A DNA stretch of 57,618 nucleotides, counting the filler, from an uncultured virus (IMG/VR IMGVR_UViG_2061766007_001532) (taxonomy: Duplodnaviria > Heunggongvirae > Uroviricota > Caudoviricetes). It is 6 parts of one record of this genome, joined end to end, with 100 filler letters (N's around TTAATTAATTAA, not from the genome) between each part and the next. Parts side by side here need not be neighbours in the genome. Positions count along the whole stretch, not along the records: positions 1 to 26,321 come from IMGVR_UViG_2061766007_001532; positions 26,422 to 40,698 come from IMGVR_UViG_2061766007_001532; 4 more parts are not named here. The stretch is one strand, 5' to 3'. Numbering within the stretch: position 1 is the first letter of the stretch; the number at the start of each line of letters is the position of its first letter. Under the pieces are notes generated by a model. It worked only from the letters and a program-made list of their open reading frames with translations. It had not been told where the DNA came from and searched no databases. Position numbers and translations under genes: made by a program. Below, one piece after another: positions 20,465 to 34,301 of the stretch.

Positions 20465-23214
20465 TCAGATTATCTCCCATTCATTTGAATAGTCAGCAGG
20501 CGCGTTCATTCCTTGCTCGTTATAAAGAGCTTTGAGCAAAGCAACCGCACCGTAGCAAGCCTGCGTTGCACCCGAACTCGGATCATATTCAGGAATATAT
20601 ACGATAGGTGCGCCCGTGTTGATTACAACGCCGGACGGAACGGAATAATGAGCAAACTTCCAAATATGACCGTTGTTATCCGTGAGCGTTGCGTTATATG
20701 TTTTATTTGTTATCGTGCCGCTTATATCTTCCTTGTAGTTCTCGACACCAAGCACATAGATATATCTCGTAGTCTGCGTGTTCATAATGCCTACGATACA
20801 ACCTGCCTCGTTTGCAGATTCTACCTCGATACTTGTTACGCCGAATGAAAGAGATAAGCCTTTCGGTTCATCAACGACAAAATCGCCGTCAAGCAAAGAG
20901 AATATCTTTCTGCAAGTGATATGACCGTTGCAACCAGGGAGATTGAATTTCAAACCCGTGATTACACAAGTCTTGTAAACATTCTTTCTCGTTTCGAGCC
21001 TGATAATGTCGCCGACCTCATAACGCAGGTCTTGAACAACATCAACCTCATACTGATTACTAATATCGCTTACAAGGTGTGCTACTCGCTTTACCTTGTT
21101 TGCGATATAGGAATTGGTAACGAGCTTGTTATCATTCTCGTAAACCTCGCCTGCTTCACTATCAAGGGTTTCTGTATCGGTGTGCTCTGTGCTTTCCGTC
21201 TTATAGAATCTGACGATAGGCTTTATCGTTGTGTATTCGTCAGCCGTGAACGGTATAGAAGCCTTAAAATTGCCGTTATCGAGCGATACAACATCAGAAT
21301 CGGAATACTGACTAACCGTGATACCTGCCTCGGACGATTGAGCGTCTATAAGCTCAAATTTGCCNNNNNNNNNNTGGTATAGAAGCCTTAAAATTGCCGT
21401 TATCAAGCGATACAACATCAGAATCGGAATACTGACTTACCGTGATACCTGCCTCGGACGATTGAGCGTCTATAAGCTCAAATTTGCCCGTAGCAAAGAA
21501 CGGCAATTCAAAGTCAAATGAAGCATACGGATAACTCATAGAACCTACTGCTTTTCTGTCGGGACATTCGACCTCGACATAATCAGCAGCAACGGTATTG
21601 TTTACCCTCAANNNNNNNNNNGAGGACGATCCCGAAGCTGACGAGCTTGTGTAGTTTCCTACAACTTGCCAATTACCCGTGTTTGGGTTATACCACTCTA
21701 CTTTGAGGTTATTCGGGTAATGACCGCCCGTGAAGTAAAGCCCGATTCTTGACTTGATGTTATTAAAATTCAAGCCAGGAATGGGACTACCGATGATNNN
21801 NNNNNNNCAAAGCATATGGATAACTCATAGAACCTACCGCTTTTCTATCAGGACATTCGACCTCGACATAATCAGCAGCAACGGTATTGTTTACCCTCAA
21901 AACATTTATCTTTCCAACTTTAGCCTTGCTTTCAAGATTGCTCTTAACCTGACTATATCGGGTAAGCCAATCGTCAATCGGCTTGTACTGAATGTTATTC
22001 GCATTTTCAAGGCTGATAGTGTTTATCCCTGACTTGATGTAGCAACCCAAAGCGTTTGCTATCAACTGCCTTGCGTCTTGTGAATCAATATTCTCGCCCG
22101 AATTACAGTATGAGTTTTGTCTGTCGATAACATCAACAAAAGCGTCTGAATAATCATCAAAGAGCTTGTTGTTGAATATGATCTCGGAAAACAACTGTCC
22201 AGGTATGCTATCGCCAACCGCCAACGAACTTACAAGCGGCGGTGCAAGGTTTATGTCCCATTCCTTACGAAGCTCAACCGCAATATTAAATGTGATCTTA
22301 CCTTGTTCATAATTAGGCTCTTTCGTAAGTCTGCCGATGAAAAGGTCGATGTACTCATTATAGCCGTTTGCCTCATTTACAACCGTGAACAAAACGGGTG
22401 AGCGTTCTTTGAACTGCTTACTCCAATATTCGCTATCAGGTGTGTATTCTTCGTTTATATCAAGAACCTCTACCGTCATTTCGTTTGTAGGCAAGCTCTG
22501 TGAAGATAAGTCTGTTTCCTGCGTTATTGACGCTTTGGAGATTTGAGTTTTGTTGAAGATAACGGTGTGAGCGTCGTTTTCTATACTCCACTCGTCCATA
22601 ACGAAAGATAATTGGTATCTTCCGGCAACATCAGAACTGACCTTAAAGCGTGTGTACCAATTTTCGGGGTTGTTGCCGAAGTTGTTATATCTAAACCACC
22701 AATAGCTTGATCCTGACGGGGACGAACTTGTGTAAGTTCCTACCGCCTGCCAATTACCCGTGTTTGGGTTATACCACTCGACTACAAGTTTCTTTGGATA
22801 ATGCCCACCTGTGAACTGCAAGCCAACCCTTGACTTGATGTTATTAAAATTCAAGCCAGGAATGGGACTACCGATGATAACTTCCTCATTGGCATTAGCA
22901 TAAGCGGTAACGCCGTAAGGCACTATGAGATTAGGCTTTGCAAAATTGCCGTTTACCTTTTCGGGTGCGCAAATTCGCCAAGAGTTATCAACTCCCCAGG
23001 GCATACCCAAAACTGCATAGCCTCTTACATCACGACAATACGCAGGCGGTACTACGGGTGCAACATTAGTGTCGAAGTCCAAAGTGTTGTACTCACCGCC
23101 TACGGCATTATGAGGATAGCAATTATCAGTATTGACATAGAGATACATATTCTTGTACGGCGGTCTGATAATTTCTTCCTGCGTTTCAACAAATGTATTG
23201 CTCGCATATCTCAT
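20465..23214 (-). CDS. large minor tail/baseplate hub protein (gapped, with duplicated allele pieces)
   Basis: ORF pieces 21787-23214, 21354-21815 and 20465-21418 overlap in sequence; sits after the Dit-like gene. Confidence 0.7.
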
Positions 23215-23878
23215 ACTGATTCACCTATACCTATGATGTTAGCCTGACAATCTATGTAGTATGTCGGTATGCCCGTTACATCGTCCACGATAAAGGGCAT
23301 AGCCGACCTATCACCGACATAGAACTTCTTTGTAACAAACGTGTTTGTTTCCATATCGAGGTATGTAGCGTCAAAGAAAAAATGATTGTTAAAGAATGTG
23401 CAAATCTGCGCCCATACCGTAGGCGATAACACTTTCCATTTCAATTCGAGCTTGCTCGCTTTAGCGATAACCGAACCTCTTACGATGCCGTCAGCCGTTC
23501 TNNNNNNNNNNTATCTGCGCCCATACCGCAGGCGATAACACTTTCCATTTCAATTCGAGTTTGCTCGCTTTAGCGATAACCGAACCTCTTACGATACCGT
23601 CAGCCGTTCTCGCCTGATCTACAACAGTTGCTACTATCTGTTTGCCGCTTTCATAAGCAACAAATGGTAATTGCAGGGTATCGTCGCCTGCGGTTAGTGT
23701 GATAAACATTCCATATCTTTCAACTGTCATTTACGATACCCCCCTTTATGTTGCAAATGCACCGTTAGAGATAGCAACGNNNNNNNNNNCTTGCCGCTTT
23801 CGTAGGCGACAAAAGGTAATTGAAGCGTATCGTCGCCTGCCGAAAGTGTGATAAATTGTCCGTATCTTTCTACCGCCA
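23211..23878 (-). CDS. distal tail-like protein (overlapping allelic fragments)
   Basis: VVDQARTADGIVRGSVIA...LKWKVLS...FYVGDRSA...DCQANII; immediately after the TMP. Confidence 0.65.
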
Positions 23879-23898
23879 TTTGCGATACCCCCTTGTCT

Positions 23899-26321
23899 TT
23901 ATACGAAAGCACCGTTGCCTATTGCAACACCGCTATCTCTTGCCTGCTTCTGAACAACCTTGAATACTTCCTTGCCGTCTATCATAACTATTGTATCGCC
24001 CTTTGCGTTGATACCTGTCATAGCACTTGCAAAAGCGTTATACATATTGCTCATAAAGTCAGCCATAGCACCCTGATTTGAAGCGGCAATACCGTAACCT
24101 GCATTGCTTCTTGTGTATGCGTTTGCCGTTTCAACTGCTTTGAGCGAGCTTTGAGCCATATCTTTAGCGGCGTTCTCTGCGAGGTATGTGTACCTCTCCA
24201 TATATTGAGCATAACCCATTACGGAAAACATACCTGCTTCTCCGAACTCTTTTGACGGGGACGCGATACCTAATACTCGTTTGAGTGTTTTAAGNNNNNN
24301 NNNNATTTCCTTGCCGTCAATCGTTACGATCACATCGCCGTTGCCTGTGTTTATGCCTGCCATACCGTTCACCACGGCATTGTAGATATTGCTTGCAAGG
24401 TTCATCATCGAGCCTTGATTTGAAGCACCGATACCATAACCGACATTAGTTGATGTATAAGCACCTGTGTTCATCGTAGCCTGTAATGCCGATGTAGCCA
24501 TATTTTGAGCTGCATTTGTAGCAAGGTATGTGTACTTCTTCATATATTCAGCGTAACCCTCAACTGAATACATACCTGCTTCACCAAAAGCTCTCGACGG
24601 AGAGTGAATACCCAAGACCTCTTTCAACTTCTTCAAAGCGTTAGAGGCGATTGTAGCACCTGCCTCTCTTGCCTTTTGGAGATTGGTTTTGTTGTTTACT
24701 CCACCGACGTAGCCTGCGCCACTCTGTTCGCCTGCCGTCTTGAAACCGCTTGTGTATGTTTTCGAACCTGCCGAAGCCTGCGAAGCGATACTCTGACCTG
24801 CGTTATAAGCACTTGCTTTAGTCTTTGTGCTTGCGAGGTTGGAAGTGAACGCATAGGCTTGATTCTGTGCAACATACTTATAACCGCTTACGGCGTTACC
24901 GTTGTTGTTAGCACCGTTTTTACCGCTATTGTAAAGCGTAGTGCCTGCACTCTGAACTTCTCCGTTTTGGCTCTTTAAACCCTCTGCGTATGCCTTTGCG
25001 TATGCTTCACCGAGCTTGCGAGCTTCGTCTGCTGCGGTATTACCCAAAGACGGCTTGANNNNNNNNNNTGATATTTATTGATACCGCCGACATAACCCTG
25101 ACCTGACATTTGACCTGCATAATTGAAGCCGACACGACTATCATTAGCAAGTGATTTTGCACCGTTTGTACCTTGTGCGGCAAGTGTTTTACCGCCCAAG
25201 TTAGCTTCTGACTTTGCTTTTGGAGAAGTCAAACCCATAGCGAACTTATAGGCTTCATTGGCGGCGGTGTTATAGAACANNNNNNNNNNNNNNNNNATCA
25301 GCACCGTTCTTACCACTTGTGTAGAGATTAGAGCCTGCGGTATATACTGATCCTGAACCCGACTTTAAACCCTCGGCGTAGGCTTTAGCGTATGCTTCGC
25401 CCTGCTTTCTTGNNNNNNNNNNNNNNNNNNNNNNNNNNNNNNNNNNNNNNNTACGAACACCGCCGCTTGCACTTCCACCGCCGGACGAATGTACTTTCTG
25501 ACCGTTTGCAACTCTTGTAAAGGCGGCAAGTTCTTTCTCAATATCTTTGCCCGTACCGATCTTATACAATTCCTTGAATACGGGATTGCTATTGACAAAC
25601 TCCGCTAATGCCTTGCCGATTTCTGCGGCGAACTGAACGCCTACCTCGTTACCTGCTTCTGCGGCTCTCCTACCCAAATCTTCGGGAGAACCAAAGAAGT
25701 ATTCCATAATGTTTTCGCTACGGTTCGTAAACGATTCATAGAAAGCAACGCAGAACTGTTCGCCAACCGTCCTTCCATTAGCGGCGGCTTCGATACCCAA
25801 TTCTTCGNNNNNNNNNNNNNNNNNNNNNNNNNNNNNNNGCACCAAGATACAAGATTTTAAGTGATACCTCTAACGGGTGCTTTTTAAGTCTATCTCTTAA
25901 AAGTTCAATGTCTTTTCTTGCTTCTTCAATTCTGTTCTTAATCGCACTTGTTAAGAAGTCATATCCAGGCGTGAGAAGATTTTTGAGGTTAGAGTTTTCA
26001 CCGCTAACTCCGCCGCCGCCTGCACCTGCGCCCGTGTTAGGGTTAAATACATTCAACTCGTCTATGCCAAGCATATAGTCTTTGAGCTTCTTTGCGTTNN
26101 NNNNNNNNTTCGGCGACACTCGATATATCCATTCTGTCGGACATATCGGGCAATTCAAAGCCAAAGAGTGAAGCAAGTGCTCTAAATGCCTCGCCTGCTA
26201 ACTGCGTAAATGCGGTGAGATAAGGCAGTACCTGATTGAGAGCAGGAATGAATACATTACCCAACTCTCTTGAAGTCATAGATAACTGCTCTTTAAACAC
26301 CTTCATTTGGTTAGCAGGATC
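23899..26321 (-). CDS. tape measure protein, central/C-terminal allele fragments
   Basis: DPANQMKVFKEQL...LGIDELNV...LGIHSPSRAFGEAG...IDGKEVFKVVQKQ. Confidence 0.85.
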
Positions 26322-26365
26322 NNNNNNNNNNNNNNNNNNNNNNNNNNNNNNNNNNNNNNNNNNNN

Positions 26366-26377
26366 TTAATTAATTAA
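26366..26377. other. artificial scaffold linker TTAATTAATTAA (also 40743, 43650, 50352, 54068)
   Basis: Identical all-frame-stop 12-mer flanked by N runs at five places. Confidence 0.95.
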
Positions 26378-26420
26378 NNNNNNNNNNNNNNNNNNNNNNN
26401 NNNNNNNNNNNNNNNNNNNN

Positions 26421-26751
26421 NGTTAAGTGCGTAAAGCCTGCCGCTTATAACCGCCATAATGTCCTCGGCTTGCTTTTTCTTACCGTTCACGGTATTCGTA
26501 TAAACATCAACAGTAGCCGTAATATCGTTGAACTTGTCAATATTCGAGCTATCTCTTGTGTTCTGCGTATTGCCGTCGCCGGACATTACGATTGNNNNNN
26601 NNNNAAGAACCGTGTCGGAAACATCGGTGTAAATCTCACTCTGAATCTGAAAAATGTTTTTAGGATCATNNNNNNNNNNGAGCACCGTGTCAGCAACATC
26701 GGTGTAAATCTCACTCTGAATCTGAAAAATGTTTTTAGGATCATTACTCAT
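26421..26751 (-). CDS. tail terminator/completion protein (gapped)
   Basis: DN...DSSNIDKF..IT.TVDVYTN..GKKKQAEDIM..I; located after the HK97 gp10-like gene. Confidence 0.6.
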
Positions 26752-27344
26752 ACAAATACCTGCCTAACAATTGTCGGAATTTCGGGTTGGATAGCCAATA
26801 TCGCTCTGTAAATAGGCATATACATCGGCGTACCCTTCGATATTAGGTTATGCGCTACAAACCAATACTGATTCAAGCCTTGCCCTTTTCCGTAACTTCC
26901 TATGTCGGTGTTAAATGCCACCGCCTCGGATAATGGGTTTTCACTTCCGTTGCTATTGTGATAAGCACCTGCACCGAACTCAACGAAAACTACGTCTTTG
27001 CCTCTAACGGTTATTGTCCAACCGTTCTTTGACGGCTTCAAGTCCCAAGCTCTGATAAGGTCTTTTTTAGATTCTACCGTGTGCGTTTTAAGGTTGATAA
27101 GTTCATCGGTATAAGGCAATTCGCTACAATAAATGTTTATCAAACCACCTAATTGCCCTGCAACCTCTTTCGCCACAAGATTTGCCTTGTTCTTCCAATC
27201 ACGCTCAACTTCTCGAAGCTCGGCAACCGCGCTTTTGATTGAATCGCTATCGAGTAANNNNNNNNNNGACTTAACTTCTCGAAGCTCGGCAACTGCGCTT
27301 TTGACTGAATCGCTATCGAGTAAGTTAATATGAATGGTTTTCAC
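26748..27344 (-). CDS. HK97 gp10-like tail component
   Basis: KDVVFVEFGAG...W....ISKGTP..MPIYRA; allele at 32370-32990. Confidence 0.7.
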   Translation of the reverse strand: MKTIHINLLDSDSVKSAVAELREVKXXXXLLDSDSIKSAVAELREVERDWKNKANLVAKEVAGQLGGLINIYCSELPYTDELINLKTHTVESKKDLIRAWDLKPSKNGWTITVRGKDVVFVEFGAGAYHNSNGSENPLSEAVAFNTDIGSYGKGQGLNQYWFVAHNLISKGTPMYMPIYRAILAIQPEIPTIVRQVFV

Positions 27345-27539
27345 GATACATCAACCTTTCTGATCGCAACCTGAACGAAGTTTTGAGAATCAGCAACCTT
27401 TTTAACAACATAGTTGTATGGGGTTGTGAGATTTCCGTTTGTGTCCGTCTTTAAGTGTCCGTCGCTATCAAGCTCTACGGGTGAGTTTATCCAAAGCACC
27501 GAGCCTACGGCAAGGTAGTTCTCGCCCTTNNNNNNNNNN

Positions 27540-30500
27540 CAACCGTATCGCCCTTTGCATTTGTACCCGTCATAGCGGTTGCGATAGCGGTATAGATATT
27601 GCTCATAAAGTCAGCCATAGCACCCTGATTAGATGCGGCGATACCGTAGCCTGCGTTAGAGGTTGTATAAGCGTTAGCCGTTTCAACTGCATTNNNNNNN
27701 NNNGCAAATGCACCGTTGCCGATAGCAATACCGCTATTACGCTCTTGCCTCTGTACGGCTCTGAATACTTCCTTGCCGTCTATCATTACTATTGTGTCGC
27801 CCTTTGCATTGATACCCGTCATAGCACTTGCAAAAGCGTTATACATATTGCTCATAAAGTCAGCCATAGCACCCTGATTTGAAGCACCGATACCATAACC
27901 CGCGTTGCTTCTTGTGTATGCGTTAGCCGTTTCAACCGCGTTGAGAGAACTTTGAGCCATATCCCTTGCGGCGTTCTCTGCAAGGTATGAATACTTCTCC
28001 ATATTGTTTGCATAACCCATTACAGACCAGTACGCTTGCTCGCCATAAGCGGTTGACGGAGAGTGAATACCCAAAACCTTTTTGAGCGTGTTGAGTGCCG
28101 CNNNNNNNNNNCTCTGCAAGATAGGAATATCTTTCCATGTTCTTTGCATAACCCATTACAGACCAATAAGCCTGTTCGCCGTATGCGGTTGACGGAGAGT
28201 GAATACCCAAAACACGTTTGAGTTCGCTCAACGCCGCTTTTGCAATTACGGCGCCGCTTGCCTTTGCGCTATTCTTATACTTTTCAACGCCTGCGACATA
28301 TCCCTGACCTGACATACGACCTGCATAGTTAAAGCCAACATTACTATCGTTAGCAAGCGATTTTGCACCGTTTGTACCTTGTGCCGCAAGCNNNNNNNNN
28401 NTTGCTCTTGTATTTTTCGAGACCACCTATGTAGCCTTTGCCTGACATTTGACCTGCGTAATTAAAGCCAACACTACTATCGTTAGCAAGCGATTTTGCA
28501 CCGTTTGTACCTTGTGCCGCAAGCGATTTACCGCCAAGCGTAGCTTCGGCTTTTGCTTTTGGTGCGGTCAAACCCATAGCAAACTTGTAAGCCTCGTTAG
28601 CCGAAGTGTTATAGAACATTTGNNNNNNNNNNCGATGTAAGTCCCATAGCGAATTTGTAAGCCTCGTTAGCCGAAGTGTTATAGAACATTTGACCGCCCT
28701 GACCGTTATAGTCAGCACCGTTCTTACCACTTAAATAGAGATTAGAACCTGCGGTATAAACTGATCCCGTTCCCGTCTTTAAACCCTCGGCGTAGGCTTT
28801 AGCGTATGCTTCGCCCTGCTTTCTTGNNNNNNNNNNTGAACCGCTATTCAAACCGTCAGCATATGCTTTGGCAACTCTCTCGCCTTGTTTTCTTGCTTCA
28901 TCAGCCGCCGTGTTGCCAAGTGAAGTAACGGGCGAAACGATTGCCATTTGCAGATTGGTATTTGAAACCGTTGCCGAACCCGTACCCGTTGCGTAGCCTT
29001 TTCCTCTACCAGAACCGTTGCCTCTTGACGAATGAGAACTTGACGAGCCGTGTGCAGACGAATAGTTGCCTACCATACTTTCGGCTATCTTTGACGTTAC
29101 ACCGTAAAGGGTATATCTATCAAAGAATGATTTTATAAAGGCTTCTTCTACGCTCTGCCCTGCTCTTTCTGCGTTTCTCTGCATTTCTTCGGGTGATCCA
29201 AGCAAGACTTCCCAAAACTTCGAGCCTACGCCTGCGAGAGCTTCAACAAACGAGGCAACAAATTCCTCGCCTATCGTTCTGCCGTGAGCCTGTGCGTCAA
29301 GTGCTAACTGTTCGGGCGATTTTCCAAGTATCTTTTCCCAAATCTTTGAACCGAGTTCTGCCGCACCGCCAAAAACAATATCAACNNNNNNNNNNAGGCA
29401 ACTCAAAGCCAAAGAACCTTGCGAGAGAACGGAACGCCTCGCCTGCTAACTGCGTAAATGCGGTCAAGTAAGGCAATACCTGATTCAGTGCAGGTATAAA
29501 GACATTACCTAACTCTCTTGAAGTCATTGATAATTGTTCTTTAAATATTTTGAGCTGATTGTTAGGATCAGAAAGCGTTTTGGCAAAATTGCCCTGCACT
29601 TGTGTTTCTTGCGTCATTAACGCAATATAACGCAACTGAACTTTCTCCTGTTGCGTCAACTGATTAAAGTTTACTATCTTATGCTGTGTGTTATCATCAA
29701 CGGCGGTTGTGTTTGCCTCGATAGCACCTGTCTGTTCGTTGATAGCGAATGTCTGCTGACCGTANNNNNNNNNNAGGTAATGCCTGATTGATTGCAGGTA
29801 TGAATACATTACCTAACTCTCTCGAAGTCATAGATAACTGCTCTTTAAACACCTTCATTTGATTAGCAGGATCATTTAACGCTTTCGCATACGCACCCTG
29901 AACCTGCGTAACCTGTGTCATAAGAGCAATATAACGAAGCTGGACCTTCTCCTGCTGCGTCAACTGATTAAAGTTTACGATCTTGTGTTGTGTATTATCA
30001 TCAACGGCGACGGTATTNNNNNNNNNNAAGTTTGCTCTGCGATAAGTCGTAACCTATTCCACGGATAGGTTCTAATCGTCCGGCAATTGCAGATTTAATC
30101 TTGTTTGCAGCTTCTTCGGTTGTAAGGTCGTGGAACGACGCAATATCATAAGATAACTGCGTCAAATTCTGCGACATATAAGCCGCCTGGTCGCCACCTA
30201 CTCCAAATCCTGTAATGAGAGTTTGGAAAATACCTTGTGTTTTCTGCCAACCTGCTATATCTATGCCTAAAGCGTCCCTGACCGTTTCGCCNNNNNNNNN
30301 NTGACGCAATATCGTAAGATAACTGTGTCAAATTCTGCGACATATAAGCCGCCTGGTCGCCCGTTACACCGAAACCCGTAACGAGCGTTTGGAAAATACC
30401 TTGTGCTTTCTGCCAACCTGCTATGTCGATACCTAAAGCGTCCCTGACAGTTTCACCGTACTTTGTGGCGTTATTTGCATACTCGCCCAAAGATACGGTA

Positions 30501-30814
30501 AACATATTCAAGGTCTTGTTGTATGTAAGAGATTCAGAAACACAATCGGAAATGGTGCCTGCCGCCTTGNNNNNNNNNNACAAAGCAATAACGGCGGCGA
30601 ACTTGACGGATTTCGATAAGAATTTCTCTACACCGTTTGCCGCCTCATTAGCACCGTCGCCAACTTCCTTGATTGCCGCTTTAGGCTTTGTCTGTTTTAC
30701 CTTATCAACTTCTTTGCCTAACTTCTTTAAAGATTCGATAAGTTTATCAAGGTTTTCTACCGATAATTTTGATTCAATATTCAGTTCAAGAGCGTCAATC
30801 TTTTCGGCAGCCAT
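27540..30814 (-). CDS. tape measure protein, N-terminus and further allele fragments
   Basis: MAAEKIDALELNIES...MSQNLTQLSYDIASF...GRLEPIR..G.DLSQ...QQEKVQLRYIALM. Confidence 0.85.
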
Positions 30815-30935
30815 AGTGTTTTACTCCTTCAAACCAAACTTTTTATTNNNNNNNNNNTCCTTGATTGCCGCTTTCGGCTTTGTCTGTTTTACCTTATCAA
30901 CCTCTTTGCCTAACTTACGCAACGANNNNNNNNNN

Positions 30936-31213
30936 TCTGTAAGAGACTTGATAGGCTCGTAGTAGAGGTCGAGCAAAGCGTCCAAAATGCCCCTTGTGTC
31001 GATCTTTTCAAGAAGTCCGTCCACGAAGTCCGTAGTGAGTGTTGCGTGATGTGCAAGGAAAGCACCTCTCCACAAGGTTGTAAGCATATCAATCGGTCTT
31101 GTAGCAATAGAATCGTAGTTGAAACCTGCTCTTTCGGTTGCGATAACCGTATTCCTTGTGTATTCAAGTGTGTAGTCCTTGTCCTCGATTGTGAAATTGA
31201 TTGTCTTTCCCAT
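30936..31213 (-). CDS. tail assembly chaperone (DUF5055-like)
   Basis: INFTIEDKDYTLEYTRNTV...ERAGF...LW.GAF.AHH; between the major tail gene and the TMP. Confidence 0.7.
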
Positions 31214-31261
31214 AAGTAAATACCGTCCTCAAATTAGTATTTTAAAGTGCCTTAACTTTCA

Positions 31262-31554
31262 TCAGGAAGCTGCGAATGTGATACCCGTTGTAGGTACGAT
31301 ACCTACGGTCATTTCACGAACTTCGTCAACGCCCTTGCCAGAGAGCTTCGCATAAGGATAACCCTTGAAAGAGAACTTTCCCAGGTGTCCGTCAGGTGTG
31401 CCTGCGTTGTCGCCGAACCANNNNNNNNNNNNNNNNNNNNNNNNNNNNNNNNNNNNNNNNNNNNNNNNNNNNNNNNNNNNNNNNNNNNNNNNNNNNNNNN
31501 NNNAGTGAAGTTGAGCATACCTGCGTTGTCCTGAACACCAGGAACGTACCAATG
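31262..31554 (-). CDS. major tail tube protein, fragment
   Basis: WFG...PDG..GKFSFKG......G.GVDEVREMT..I.P C-terminus; position upstream of the chaperone. Confidence 0.7.
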
Positions 31555-32369
31555 NNNNNNNNNNNNNNNNNNNNNNNNNNNNNNNNNNNNNNNNNNNNNN
31601 NNNNNNNNNNNNNNNNNNNNNNNNNNNNNNNNNNNNNNNNNNNNNNNNNNNNNNNNNNNNNNNNNNNNNNNNNNNNNNNNNNNNNNNNNNNNNNNNNNNN
31701 NNNNNNNNNNNNNNNNNNNNNNNNNNNNNNNNNNNNNNNNNNNNNNNNNNNNNNNNNNNNNNNNNNNNNNNNNNNNNNNNNNNNNNNNNNNNNNNNNNNN
31801 NNNNNNNNNNNNNNNNNNNNNNNNNNNNNNNNNNNNNNNNNNNNNNNNNNNNNNNNNNNNNNNNNNNNNNNNNNNNNNNNNNNNNNNNNNNNNNNNNNNN
31901 NNNNNNNNNNNNNNNNNNNNNNNNNNNNNNNNNNNNNNNNNNNNNNNNNNNNNNNNNNNNNNNNNNNNNNNNNNNNNNNNNNNNNNNNNNNNNNNNNNNN
32001 NNNNNNNNNNNNNNNNNNNNNNNNNNNNNNNNNNNNNNNNNNNNNNNNNNNNNNNNNNNNNNNNNNNNNNNNNNNNNNNNNNNNNNNNNNNNNNNNNNNN
32101 NNNNNNNNNNNNNNNNNNNNNNNNNNNNNNNNNNNNNNNNNNNNNNNNNNNNNNNNNNNNNNNNNNNNNNNNNNNNNNNNNNNNNNNNNNNNNNNNNNNN
32201 NNNNNNNNNNNNNNNNNNNNNNNNNNNNNNNNNNNNNNNNNNNNNNNNNNNNNNNNNNNNNNNNNNNNNNNNNNNNNNNNNNNNNNNNNNNNNNNNNNNN
32301 NNNNNNNNNNNNNNNNNNNNNNNNNNNNNNNNNNNNNNNNNNNNNNNNNNNNNNNNNNNNNNNNNNNNN

Positions 32370-32990
32370 GAATACCTTTCTTACTATCGTCGGGACTTCG
32401 GGTTTGATAGCCAATATCGCTCTATATATAGGCATATACATTGGCGTACCTTTCGATATTAGGTTGTGTGCCACAAACCAATAATCGTTCAAGCCTTGTC
32501 CCTTGCCGTAACTTCCTATCTCTGTGCTGAACGATACACTCTCGGATAACGGGTTTTCACCGCCGTGATTGTAGTGAGCACCTGCGCCGAACTCGACAAA
32601 AACAATGTCCTTNNNNNNNNNNAAACTTCCTATCTCTGTGCTAAACGATACACTCTCGGACAACGGGTTTTCGCCACCGTGATTGTAGTGAGCACCTGCG
32701 CCGAACTCGACAAAAACAATGTCCTTGCCGCCTACGGTAATAGTGCCGCCGTTCTGCGTTTCGGTTATGCTCCAACCCCCTACGTCTTGAAGCTCTTTCT
32801 CTCGTATGACTTCGTGAGTTTTCACGTTTATCATATCGTCCGTATAGGGGATATACTCGAAGTTAGCTCGTATCTGATCTGCGAGTTCTCGGCAAACTTC
32901 CAATGCCGCCTCTTTCGCTTTTCTCTCCCAATCAGTCCTGACTTCTCGAAGCTCGGCAACCGCGCTTTTGATTGAATCGCTATCGAGTAA
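32370..32990 (-). CDS. HK97 gp10-like tail component allele
   Basis: KDIVFVEFGAG...ISKGTPMYMPIYRA. Confidence 0.65.
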
Positions 32991-33048
32991 NNNNNNNNNN
33001 CGACTAACGAGGCATAATAGAATGTCTGCTTGTTCTTTCGCATACTTC

Positions 33049-33552
33049 TCATTTGCCGAAACCCCCAACAAACGGCGTGATCCTTGCTCTTAAAGAACCA
33101 GGAATATCGCCCGATTCGTAGTGTCTGTGAGTGCCACCTTCGATGTGCTCTGTTTCACCTTCCGCACCCATTTTGTTGATGAAATAAGCCGCAATCTCAA
33201 TCTGCTCGTATTCGTACTTTTCAGGCATTATTTCTGTGCCGTTGCCAAAAGGAAATGCGAGATTGATTACGGCTTTTTCAGCCAATTCAAGGTAAGTGTC
33301 GGCGATNNNNNNNNNNAGTTCTCATTCGCCGAAACCCCCGACTTTAGGTGTTATTCTCGCTCTTAATGCAACGGGAATATCAGCCGATTCGTATGTTCTT
33401 GTAGTGCCGCCCTCTGTGTGAGTGATTTCACCCTCTGCACCCATTTTGTTGATGAAGTAAGCCGCTATCTCGATCTGCTCGTATTCATACTTTTCGGGCA
33501 TTACTTCGTCGCCCTTGCCGTATGGAAAAGCGAGATTGATTACGGCTTTTTC
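33049..33552 (-). CDS. head-tail connector, two allele fragments
   Basis: AEKAVINLAFPFG...MPEKYEYEQIEIA.Y.INKMGAEGE..H.EGG..R.YES.DIP..L...ITP. Confidence 0.75.
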
Positions 33553-33800
33553 NNNNNNNNNNGCGAATACGAGAATAACGCTTGCCTTTGTGTATGTAGA
33601 AGCCGCAATATCAGCTCCAGGTACGAGGTCTGTGTAAGAAGATACCGCAGTACCCCAAGTAGGTGTNNNNNNNNNNTGCGGCTTTAAGGAAAGTGTTAGC
33701 GGTATTGGTGCTAACATTATCATCAAGCATTTCCATAAGAATATTCAACTTTTCTGAATCTGTCATAGCCATATCGCTAACCCTTTCTTTCCTTAATTCA

Positions 33801-34274
33801 TCAAGCCTTCTTAACGAGTGTTACGTTAGCGTAGTCAATCGGCTTATTGTCAGCCTTGAATACGAGAATAACGCTTGCCTTTGTGTTTGTAGAAGCCGCA
33901 ATATCCTCACCAGGTACGAGGTCTGTGTAAGAAGATACCGCAGTACCCCAAGTAGGTGTAACGTCAGCAGAACCGAGCTTGTAAACCCACTTGCAGTTTG
34001 CAGGTGCAGGATAAGGTACGTCGAGCTTCGTATCGCCGGAAGCCGTACCTGCAATGGAAGTAACGCCTGTAACTTCCTTAACGGAAGTTCTCTTTGTGAT
34101 CTTGATAACCTTGCTCTCGTCCTGGAGATAAGGAACATAGAGCTTTGAAGCGTAGTAGTTAGTTGTCTGTGTGTCTGCGTCACGCTTCTCTTCAACGAAG
34201 AGACCACGCTGATTGATGATACGAAGAGCACCAGGCTTAACGATGTAGGAATCAGCACTTGAAGCAAGTCTGTT
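33801..34274 (-). CDS. major capsid protein C-terminal allele
   Basis: YIVKPGALRII..RGLFVEEKRDA..QTT.YYASKLY.PYL.DESKVIKI plus C-terminal extension. Confidence 0.75.
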   Translation of the reverse strand, partial: NRLASSADSYIVKPGALRIINQRGLFVEEKRDADTQTTNYYASKLYVPYLQDESKVIKITKRTSVKEVTGVTSIAGTASGDTKLDVPYPAPANCKWVYKLGSADVTPTWGTAVSSYTDLVPGEDIAASTNTKASVILVFKADNKPIDYANVTLVKKA

Positions 34275-34301
34275 NNNNNNNNNNGTCAATATGAATGGTT
34301 T